From Hemiscyllium ocellatum (lineage: Eukaryota), in the NCBI RefSeq assembly GCF_020745735.1, contig NC_083409.1:9723534-9787533 (forward strand): a stretch of 64,000 nucleotides of DNA. The letters run 5' to 3'. Below are positions 49,481 through 60,559 of the stretch, in pieces (the first letter of the stretch is position 1; each line of letters starts with the position of its first letter). The notes under the pieces are model-generated. The model saw only the letters and a list, made by a program, of their open reading frames with translations. It had not been told where the DNA came from and did no database searches. The translations under genes and the position numbers were made by a program.

Positions 49481-52059
49481 GCTTCAGTGATAGAATCACG
49501 TAATGATGGAATCTGAACAATGTTGAAGCAGGCCATTCACCCCAATGAGTTCACACCAATCCTCCGAAGAGCATCCCACCCAGATCCAAACCACTGCACT
49601 ATCCCTGCAACCTGCATTTCCCAATGGCTCATCCACCCAGTCTGCTACATTGTGAGTGTGAGGGGAGAGTGATCCCCACTGAGACCAGGCTGAAACCTCC
49701 CAGTCCAATGGCCTGCCTTGCTTCACCATCCCAGCCCACACTTGGAGGAATGAGACCACCTGGGGAGGCTCGAGATGTTTCCCAGCCAGAGATAGTGCCT
49801 TCAGGAGAGAGATGGTGAACAGATGATAGGGGCAGGGGGCAGTGGGGTCTGTGGTCTTGAGGTGGGGTGTAGGACACATTGAAGCAGGCGATGGCAGGTG
49901 CTGAACCCTTTCCCCAGAAAGAGTTTGTAAGTTGATGGGTGAAAGTAGTGGGGGGGGGGGGCACTAGAGTAATCTTTTGTTGCTGCTGAAACTCTTGCTG
50001 CCTGCTCAGTCACGTCTGAGAGACACACAGACACATCAGACACACAGGAGGCAGCTTTCTGTGGATGTTCTCCTGGGCCAGGCCTCATCAATCATGGAGC
50101 TATGGTCAGTAACAGTGTAAGCTGTGTGGCCCTGAAAGCCTGAGTCTGCAACTCAGCTCGGAAGGACGTCAGCTCATTCATCAAAACTGGTTCTGTCCCT
50201 CTGCAGCCTAGCCGGTCTGCCTGTGCCTTTTCACCACTCCCAGGTTTTCCCTTGTGTTACAGCTCATTCTCCTGAGGGACAGCTGTACTAAGGCCCAGTG
50301 GAGTGGACTCGATGGGCCGAATGGCCTTACTTCCACTCCTCTGTCTTCTGACCTTGTCACTCTGTCAGATCCTCTGCAAGAAACTCATGGCTAACCATCG
50401 CCCTCTCCAGGATAGTTAGGGAAGGACAATAAATAGCAGACACGTCAATGCTCTCCCCATCCCAGGAGGAATCAAAATAACTGATGGACAATTCAAACAA
50501 TCAAACTGATGGAAGGTGGTTAACTCAGTCCAGTGATTAAACTTCACCTGGTAATTCCTGCATTAAGTTCAAGATGAAACTATCCTGGTCTCTGCTGAAT
50601 TTAGATCAATTTTCATTGTTAACTTAATACATTTCCATCTTCATTCTTTCTCTGCAAACTGATCCTCATTTGAATGTTGCGAAAACAAAACATTTTGTTG
50701 AAGCTTTTTGTCTTGCATACATCAGGACAATTTACAAGAAATGCCACAGCAAAGGGAAACAATATTTAAACTGACGTGTTCATAGTGACAACACCTCAGC
50801 CTGTCAGCACTTTCCTCATATGCAATATCAATGCCATGTTTTTCTCCTTTGCTTGGTACTTTTACAATTATCCTGATGAAGGCAAAATGAAAAGCTGCTA
50901 AAAACCTGGCAATTTTCAGGCCAGTTCAATATTGTCAAATGACTATTTGATCCTAATTTGTTCTTTTGCTTCAGACCTGTTCAAATTCCAAGAAGTAATT
51001 CTGTCCCATTTTGAATGGAGGACCCAGTTTACCAGCACTCACTGAATTCCAATCTTTGCATCAAAATATTTTTCCTGATCTCCTTCCTGTACCTGGTGAA
51101 TGACCGGAGAATGTGTCATTTTGCCTTTCTATTTGTCAGTATTGACAGTAAATCTACATTTACTGTGTCGATTTCATAAAGAAGTTTTGTTATCAGAATA
51201 CCCTCCCTCCCCCCCTCGAGATCCTGTTCTGGTGTTTCCCTGTAACCTAGATCCCCTATCCCTGTCCCTGGACCATTCTGCAATGCCCCTCAATGAAGCT
51301 CCTAACTGTACACCATATCCCAGATGTGACCTAACCATTCTTCAGTACAGCTGTCCTGGCCACTCTCTCCTTACTCTCAATATTCATTCCAAAATCCCAC
51401 TGGCTTCACCCATTTCTTTTTTCTGATTTTTCTTTCCCAATTTTAAGTATTTATGTTGCCCAACATCCTTTCTTGCCCACTGCTGTACATTGTTTACAAT
51501 ATGAGCTGCATTTCATCCTTTAACGTTCTGAGTCATTACAACCAGGAAAGCTCTCAATAGAAAAATTCAATTAATCCCATTGCCCTGCTCTATCCCAACA
51601 GCTTTAGTGTATTTATGGTGCATTCAATGACATCTGACACTTGTCTGTCTTACCCTCTTACACCCACTAATGGCTTTCTCTTGAGTTCTTCCTGACAAAT
51701 TGCTGTTTATTGCAGTTTGGTGACACACTTTGGTAGCCGTTTGTTCGGTCTTTGAGTGTAACTCATTTTGTGCCTGATCCGTAGGGGACTCCACCTTGCA
51801 ATTTAAAAATGCAGGTTCACCCATGTCATGGCCGATGCTCTAGTCTTTCAAAGCAATGAGTTCAAGCCTCACCAGTTTAATCATTTATTTTCATTTCTCC
51901 TGGGACAGGGCAAGCTTTGATTTGTCTGCTATTTGTTGTCCTTCCCTAATTGTCCTGGAGAGGGCAGTGGTGAGCAATGTCAAATCTGGAACATAAAACA
52001 TTACAGCGCAGTACAGGCCCTTTAACCCTCTGTGTTGCACCGACCTGGGGAACTATTCT

Positions 52060-52424
52060 CTTCTTCTGCCTGGGAACCCTCCAACCACAAGGGATGAACT
52101 CAGATTTCTCCAGTTTCCTCATTTCCCCTCCCCCCACCTTGTCTCAGTCGATTCCCTCGAACTCAGCACCACCCTCCTAACCTGCAATCTTCTTCCTGAC
52201 CTCTCCGCCCCCACCCCACTCCGGCCTATCACCCTCACCTTGACCTCCTTCCACCTATCACATCTCCATCGCCCGTCCCCCAAGTCCCTCCTCCCTACCT
52301 TTTATCTTAGCCTGCCTGGCACACTCTCCTCATTCCTGATGAAGGGCTCTGGCCCGAAACGTCGAATTTCCTGTTCCTTGGATGCTGCCTAGCCTGCTGT
52401 GCTTTAACCAGCAACACATTTTCA
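52060..52424 (+). mobile_element. 5'-truncated Penelope 3' end with 10-nt target-site duplication
   Basis: Encodes the LGTLQPQGMNSDFSSF terminus. Flanked by GAACTATTCT at 52050-52059 and 52425-52434. Confidence 0.85.
52332..52367 (+). ncRNA. Minimal type I hammerhead ribozyme motif
   Basis: AUUC-CUGAUGA-A-GGGC(UCUG)GCCC-GAAA-CG-UC-GAAU. Stem I is 4 bp, stem II is 4 bp, and stem III is reduced to the palindrome ACGU. There is one extra A after the core. Activity is untested. Confidence 0.7.
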
Positions 52425-52429
52425 GAACT

Positions 52430-54580
52430 ATTCTGAAGCCCATCTATCCTACACTATTCCATTTTCATCCATATGTTTATCCCGTGACCATTTAATTGCC
52501 TTTAGTGTTGGCGAGTCTGCTACTGTTGCAGGCTGTGCATTCCATGCCCCTACTAGTCTCTGAGTAAAGAAACTACTTCTGACATCTCTCCTATATCTAT
52601 CACCCCTCAATTTAAACCTATGTCCTCTCAGCATCTGAGGAAAAAGGCTCTCATTGTCCACCCTATATAACCTTGTGATTATCTTAGTATATCGCAATTA
52701 AGACAACTCTCAACCTTCTTCTCTCTAACAAAAACAGCCACAAGTCCCCCATCCTTTCCTCATAACGCCTTCCCTCCATGCCAGGCAACATCCTAGTATA
52801 TTTCCTCTGAATTCTTAAATTCCCACATCCTTTTTTTAATGCGGTGACCACAACTGAATGAAATACTCCAATTGTGGCCACACCAGAGTTTTGTACAGCT
52901 GCAACATGATCTCATGGCTCCTAAATCCAATCTCTCTACCAATAAAAGTTAACCCACCATAAGCCTTCTTAACCACCCTATCAAACTGGATGGCAACTTT
53001 CAAGGATCTGTGTACATGGACACTGAGATCTCTCTGCTCATCTACACTACTAAGCACCTTACCATTAGCCCAGTGCTCTTTATTCCTATTGCTCCTTTCA
53101 AAGTGAATCACCTCACATTTTTCTGCATTAAACTCTGCATTTCCCACCTCTCAGCCCAGCTCTGCAGCTTATCCATGTCTCTGTGTAACCTGCAATATCC
53201 TTCAGCACTATCCACAACTCCACAAACCTCAGAGTCATCCGCAAATTTATTCACCCATCCTTCTATGCCCTCATTCAGGTAATTTATAAAAATGACAAAC
53301 AGCAGTGGTCCCAAAAGAAATGTTTGCGTTACACCACTAGTAACTAAACTCCAGGATGAACATTATCCATCAATAACCATGTTCTGTCTTCTTTCAGCTA
53401 GCCAACTTCTGATAAAACCGCTAAATCACCCTCAATCCCATGCCTCTGTATTTTGTGCAATAGTCTATCGTGGGGAACTTTATCCAATGCCTTACTGAAG
53501 TGCATATCCACCACATCAACCGCTTTACCCTCATGCACCTGTTTGGTCACCTTCTCAAAGAACCCAATAAGGTTTGTGAGACCCGATCTACCGTGTTGAC
53601 TATCCCTTTCTAGATGATTATAAATCCTATCTCTGCTAACCTTTTCCAACATTTTACCCACAACTGAAGTAAGGCTCACTGGTCTATAATTACCAGGGTT
53701 GTCTCTACTCCACTTCTTAAACAAGGGGACAACATTTGCTATCCTCCAGTCTTCTGGCACTATTCCTATAGACAATGACAACATAAAGATCAAAGGTAAG
53801 GTCTCTGTAACCTCCTGGCTTCCCAGAGAATCCCAGGATAAATCCCACCCAGCCCAGGGGACTTATCTATTTTCACACTTTCCAGAATTGCTAGTACCTC
53901 CTCCTTGTGAATGTCAATCCTGTCAGTCTAGTAGCCTGTATCCCAGTATTCTCCTTGACAACGTTGTCTTTTTCCAGTGTGAATACTGAAGAAAAATATT
54001 CATTAGCACTTCCCCATCTCTTTGCACTCCACGTACAACTTTCTACTACTCTCTTTGATTGGCCCTAATCTTTCTCCAGTCATTCTTTTATTCCTGATAT
54101 ACCTATACAAAGCTTTCGCATTATCCTTAATCCTATCCACCAACAACATCTCATGTCCCTTCCTGGCTTCCTAGCTCTCTCTTTTGGTCTTTCCTAGCTA
54201 ACTTGTAACTCTCAAGCACCCAAACTGAGCCTTCAGGTCTCATCCTCACATAACCTCCTTCTTCCTCTTGACAAAAGATTCAACTTCTTTAGTAAACCAC
54301 AGCTCCCTCGCTCGGCCACTTGCTTCCTGCTTGACAGGTGCATACTTATCAAAGACATGCAGTCGCTGTTCCTTGAATAAGGTCCACATTTCAGTTGTGC
54401 CCATCCCCTGCAGTTTCCTTCCCCGATCCTATTCATCCTAAATCTTGCCTAATCGTATCATAGTAGCCTGACTCCACCAATAACCTTTGCCCTGCAGTAT
54501 ATATCTATCTCTTTCCATTGGTCTGGTAAACAAAACCAAATTGTGGTCACTATCATCAAAGTGCTCACCTACCTCCAAAT
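52430..54580 (-). mobile_element. CR1 LINE ORF2 remnant
   Basis: GNYRPVSLTSVVGK, FSKALDKVPHDRLL, GPLLFVIFIN and KFADD peptides. Confidence 0.9.
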
Positions 54581-54979
54581 CTAATAACTGGCCAGTTTCA
54601 TTAACCAGCACCAAACCCAACGTGGCGTTCCCATTCTGGGAAGGAAGGTGCTGGGATGGGTACAAACAAAAACCATGAAACTCAATGTCATGTTCACAAA
54701 TGTTCTTTAGGCAAGGGATCCCAGTCATCACCCGGTCTGTGACCCCAGTCCCACAGTGACATGATTCATTCTTAACGGCCCTATGACCATCCTCAGTAAA
54801 GAACTCAGTCCGAGCAGCTGGAGATGGCAATAAACATGAGGCTTGTCAATTACATTAATGCCCCGAGAAGGAATAATGCAGCTCTTTGCTGTCTGCCTTT
54901 AAGCCTCGGGTCCACCACACTCTCGCTGTCATGGGTCTCTAATCCTCTCACATTAATTCATTAGATGATGGCAATATGT

Positions 54980-55202
54980 GGGCGGCACGGTGGCACAGTA
55001 TTCAATTCCCACCTCAGGCTACTCTCTGTGTGGAGTTTGCACATTCTCCCCGTGTCTGCGTGGGTTTCCTCCGGGTGCTCTGGTTTCCTCCCACAATCCA
55101 AAAATGTGCAGGTTAGGTGAATTGGCCATGCTAAATTGCCCATAGTGTTAGGCGTGGATTTGTTGGGCCGAAGGGCCTGTTTCCACACTGTAAGTAATCT
55201 AA
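54980..55202 (+). mobile_element. HE1-type SINE with internal deletions
   Basis: Head, V-domain and GTAAGTAATCT tail. Confidence 0.85.
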
Positions 55203-55504
55203 AAAAAATGCGTTGAGCTTTTACTTTGAACTGTCAGGTCTCTTTTCCCATGCCTCTCTCCTCCCACCTCCTTCCAAGCCTTTCACCATATGTTTCCTGT
55301 GACAGCCTTGCTGTGCAGAATGAAAGCTCTCTGTGTTCTCTGAGCCCTTGCTCTATCTTGTGTCTGTCTACTCTCCAATGTTCATTTACTCAGGAAGGTA
55401 AGTGTTACAGAATTAAGTGGGAATATGTTCCAGGTCAGCCATGGCCTGACTGACTGACTGGGGAACCAGGCCAAAACAACTGATAATTCATTCCCACTGG
55501 AATC

Positions 55505-57105
55505 CACCGGAATGGCTGCAGTTTCGTTCAGATGCTCAATGCCCGGGACTTGACGTGTGGTTCTCAGCAGCGGTACCAACACTCTATAGCCACTAGAGGG
55601 CAGCTGTTTCACTGACCCTGAACAGAACAAATGAACTGGGGTCCTGCTCGGGTCTAACCGGTTCAATCTGGAGAAATGAGGAGAGAGGGAGAGGGGGTGG
55701 GGGGGAAAGCTTCTGAACCAGGATATTTATCCCACCCCAATGAAATGTCCTCTGTGATTTGTTTGTCTTCAAAGTGTGTTTTTTTATTCATTCTCTGATA
55801 CACGGAGACAATGTCAGTACTGAGTGGGACAAAGTATATTTCCTCCTCCAACCCCTTTCCAACACACCCTCTCCATCTTGTTTTACTCCTTATTGCCTCT
55901 TCTACATTGTCCCTGTTCCCTCACTCCGCTCCGGTCCCTGAGGGATTGGTGGCCGGAGTTCATGACCCCGCACTGTGTGAAGGTTGGTGTGAAGTCAGGC
56001 CAGTGTGTTGGAGCTTGGGCTCCTGCCTCAGGCCCAGGTGTAGGGGCCTGTTCAACAATCTGCACAATGTTTTCGTTTTTCTTTCTGATCACAGACATTT
56101 TAATATTGCTTAACAAACTAATGATGGAAATATGTCAGTGCCGGGATTATTTAACATCTTGGTCCTAGTTGTTAATGGACCCTCACACGTGATAACACAG
56201 TTTTCAATGTTTCTCTCCCCTTACGTGTTACGAAGAGCTTTGCAAACATGTTTTGATGAGGACAGTGTGTCTTCAACACCATGTGACGGAGTGGGTGGGT
56301 TTATGAATTCTCATCCCACTACGTCCACTTTCAAGGAAAACTACCTCCACTGACCCATTTCTTTGGCCGCCATTTGCAGCAAAAGCAAATCTCTCCCTTT
56401 GCCAGCACAAAGAGAAGGTGCCTGTCAGATTCCCTCATGTGTGATGGTTTAGCCCAATAGGAGCATCACTGGTAGATCATGCTGTATCAGCCTGGACAGA
56501 AACCTGGGCAACCTCCAAATGAAAGGATGACCTTCAGTAGATCTACTGCCACATGAAATATGGAATTGGAATCCTTGTTCCCGAATCACCTCATCAAAGC
56601 CAAATACAACTGAGAAAATATAAACCAAACCAACTTCCCAAGGTCATTCATCAGAACATAACAAGAAATTGGTTAACAGACAGTTACTGTCTCCTTTCTC
56701 TGGAGAGTGTCACTGTAACTGTCCCCCCTCTCTCAGGGGAGTGTAGTTGTTCCTCTCCCCTCCCTCTTTGGGGCCATGCCATTTTGAGCATCCTTTCTGT
56801 CTGAGGATGTGACTGTTCCTGTCCCCCAACTCTCTCAGCGTCAGGGAGGGGCTTGACAGCAACCTGGTTTGTTAATTCCATTTACTTTCTTGTGAAATGG
56901 GTAATCCCTGCTTCACTATACTGACCCGTGTGTCAATACCCGGTACAGCTCACCCTCCATCTCAATCAGATCACAGGGTCTAAGGTTGGTCAGTACTGTC
57001 TGGCCCCAGAACAATAACACTGACTGACTGGAGACAACCCAGATCAAGTCCCAATAAGAGTGTTATTTACCTTCACACTCAAAGCCCACCGAGAAGGTGG
57101 TCATC
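55505..57105 (-). repeat. Distal 3'-flank block of the C3 cluster, inverted homologue of ~40495-42660
   Basis: Same alignments as above. The near-identical peptide strings in ORF-track entries 42036..42356 and 55811..56113 corroborate the match. Confidence 0.9.
55589..55606 (+). promoter_or_regulatory. CTCF consensus motif (forward orientation)
   Basis: GCCACTAGAGGGCAGCTG, 18/18 identical to the reverse complement of 42566-42583 while the flanks are visibly diverged. Confidence 0.65.
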
Positions 57106-59187
57106 AGTCTCTAATGTTGTCGCAGTGTAATGTTTCCCAGAGAAGGAGGAGTCAGTCTAAGGGAGGGATGTTGTGAGGAGACAGATGGGAAGGCATGGAG
57201 AGGAAACAAAAAGGAGAGAGAATTGTATTTCTGTTACACCATTCATGAGCTCATGATGTTCAATGCTGTTTACAGTCAATGGAATACTTCTGATGTGGAG
57301 ACAATGTTGTAATGTGGGGAATGCATCAGCCCATTTACTCTCAGCAGGCTCCCACAATAACAGCGAGCTATTGACCAGGACATTGGGGCTAGGATACGGA
57401 GCAGAGAATGGAAGAGGCTGGAAAATAAAACCCAAGCAGTCAGTAAGGCCTGAGTATTGGCTGGGTAGGAGGGAGATGGCAAAGCAAAGGGGCTTCTTAA
57501 AATTCATTCATGAGATGTGGGCATCACTGGTTTTGCTGGCATTTTATACCCATCTCTAGCTGCACTGTGAAGGTGGTGGTGCACTGCCTTCTTGAACTGC
57601 TGCAGTCCATGTACTGTAGAAAGACCCACAATGCTCTTTGGGAGGGATTTCCAGATTTTTTTTCCCAGTGACAGTGAAGGAATAATGATATATTTCCAAG
57701 TCAGGGCGGTGAGTGACCGGAAGGGGATGTTTCAGGGTGTGATGTCCTTATTTGTCTGTTGCCCCTATTCTTTGAGATGGAACTATTGGTGGGTTTGGAA
57801 GGTGCTATCTCAAGGAAGATTGGTGAGCTGGTGGTGATGGTACAGCTGGCTGAAAATGATCACCTCTCCACAGCCAGTGGTCACTCCCTTTCCTTTTATA
57901 TCAGTGAAACCTGTCAATAAATGACTTCTAGTCAGTAATAGCAACAATAACAATTTGTATTGATATAACATCTTTAATGTAGGAACCATCCAAAAGTTGG
58001 GCACATATAGTGTTTTTGCTGATGACCAAAAGAAGACAAAGAACTCGTTTGAAGAAGTGAGAGGGGTTTGTGGAGGAAATCCCCGTGCTGAGGGCCTGGG
58101 AGACTGAAGGCACAGCTGCCAGTCATGAGGTGGAAGGCCAGACTGGAGGGTTTGGGAGATGGGGGAGGGATTGAGGATAACCGAGTGGTCCATTATATCA
58201 CCTCCCCACCTGCTGCAGCAGGAGACTGGGGAGAGGAATTGGGAGGAGAAAGTGAGGTCTGCAGATGCTGGAGATCAGAGCTGAAAATGTGTTGCTGAAA
58301 AAGCGCAGCAGGTCAGGCAGCATCCAAGGAACAGGAGACTCGACATTTCGGGCATAAGCCCTTCCTCAGGAAGAAGGGCTTATGCCCGAAATGTCGAATC
58401 TCCTGTTACTTGGATACAGAGAGGAATCAGGAGGCTGGGCAAGGCACCACCCAGAGGCTGGAGGCTGCTACTGCAGGCAGTCTCCAAACCAGTTCTCTCT
58501 GAGGAAATGGCACTGGAGCACACAAGACCATGGGAAATAAGAGCAGGAGGAGGACTCCAATGCCAGACCATGCTTTCGTAAGTACAGGGACCAAAACTGC
58601 ACACAGTACTCCACGTGCAGACTCACGAACACCTTGTACAGTTATAACAAGGTTTCTCTACTTTAACATTCCAAGCCAAGCAATAAAGGCCTCAATTCCA
58701 TTCACCTTCTCAATGACTTGCTGCACCTGCACTAACTTTTTGTGTTTCTTGCAGAAAAACACCCAGATCCCTCTGCACTGCACTTTGCTAGAATCTCACA
58801 CCATTTAAATAATAATCTGTATTTTGATTATGCCTACTGAAGTGCATGACCTTCCACTTTCTGTCTTTAAACTCCACCTACTGTGTATTAGTGTCTCATT
58901 TCTAGTTTGGTCTTCTCTATGTGATTGTCCGTCTCTGTGTATCTGCCCGTACCATGTCCCATTCCCATTTGCTTACGGCCCAGAGACTTGGGTGTCCAGC
59001 CCTTTCCTGCTGGTTCCATTCAATATTGAACAGCTTCCTCGAGACAACGTAGCCCAGCATGTCATCCCCTCCTTCAACTGGGATTTTCCTTGCTGTCCAT
59101 TCCTTGGCACATTCAAGGCTCGGAGAGTTACTTCATGACTCGGTCCCAGACTCTGTGACAGGGGGAGGGGGTGGGAACAGAGGGAGA

Positions 59188-59500
59188 TCCAGGCTGCATG
59201 ACTGGGGAGTAAGGGGGAGACCCAGGGTCCAGGCTCCGTGACTGCGGAGTGAGGTGGAGACTCAGGCCCAGGGTCTGTGACTGGGGAGTGAGGAGGAGAC
59301 CCAAGGCCTAGGCTCCGTGACTGGGGAGTGAGGTGGAGACCCAGGGCCCAGGCTCCGTGACTGGGGAGTGAGGTGGAGACCCAGGGCCCAGGCTCCGTGA
59401 CTGGGGAGTGAGGTGGAGACCCAGGGCCCAGGCTCCGTGACTGGGGAGTGAGGGGGAGACCCAGGGCCCAGGCTCCGTGACTGGGGAGTGAGGTGGAGAC
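59188..59500 (+). repeat. 40-bp G-rich minisatellite, about 8 copies
   Basis: Unit CCAGGGCCCAGGCTCCGTGACTGGGGAGTGAGGTGGAGAC with anchors at 59200, 59240, 59279, 59319, 59359, 59399, 59439 and 59479. Confidence 0.95.
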
Positions 59501-60559
59501 TGCTAGATGATGGTGGGCTGTGAGAAACAAATGACAGTCGGCAACTGGAGGCCTTCACTGCTTTTCAAAATTAGTCCTAAGGCAAGTTTTCCACTCATCT
59601 CAGAGGGCTGGTGTTTTGACAGGGTTAATGGCTTCTCCAAAAGTCTGTCGTGTGAGAAAGCAGGATTCCCCTTCCTGTGTACGTCACAATGTTAAAGCAC
59701 AACACCATTCCCAAATCTCTGGCACAGTCCTTGAAACTACATCATTTTGGTTGGAAGCAGAGAGCACAGGCTGGTCATGCTGTGTACCCCATCAGAAAGG
59801 CCTGTGTGTGATCAGTTATACTGTATGGTATGCTCACAGACTGGGTGGCTAGGAGCTGGGCAATTGAATACAGCTCCATATCCTGAGCAAGATGTGCTCC
59901 CCCTCCCCTCCACCATCTCCAGCTGGCTGAGATTGGGAAAGAGGATCCGAGTGTCCGATTGTACTGTCCGCAAGCTTGTATGTCAGCCAAGTGGATCGAA
60001 CAGAATATGAATTCCCTGATTGGGGTGGATAATCTGATCCATTCAGGGAGATATGGCTGACAGAAATAAACAGAGCCACACATCAAATGACACCAGGTTA
60101 TAGTCCAACAGATTTTTTTTGAAATTCTTCACATGACTAAGGAGCAGCAACCTGATTTCAAATAAACTTGGTGAACTATAACCTGGTGTTGTGTGAATTC
60201 TGACTTGTCCACCGCAGTCCGACACCACATCAGAAAGAAACAGGAGTGTCAGACATCCTGTTTGCTCTGAGAGCTGCCTCTGAAGGAGCTGGGTCAGTGT
60301 CAAGGACCCTCCACATGACGGGCTACTGGCCTCTATGCAGTTGTTACAGTAACAGTGGGACCCACACTGACAGACACACACCTACAGACAGCATTGAATG
60401 ACAGTCACACCCACACTGACCAACATACCAACAGACAGTTTTGGGTAAATGTCACACCCATAAGGGGCATGTATGTCATGAGATCCTGACTGATGCTCTC
60501 TCTGAACTAAGACCTCACTCTGTTCAGTTTTGAGCTGTCGCTGTGAGGAACAGGGTCAG

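Noticed and set aside
49960-50290. Unique-looking stretch upstream of C2 as a possible V/J or J-intron remnant
   Set aside because: No FGxG, WYQQ or YYC motif in the minus-strand frames I read, and only weak, unconvincing similarity to 22700-23000.
54666-54674. Perfect RSS nonamer ACAAAAACC (another at 11164-11172)
   Set aside because: No CAC-starting heptamer 12 or 23 nt upstream at either site, and both lie in or beside repeat DNA.
58973-59558. 185-aa and 98-aa repetitive ORFs, and the array as a possible CRISPR
   Set aside because: The ORFs are translations of the 40-bp minisatellite. The units are contiguous with no unique spacers, and the context is eukaryotic.
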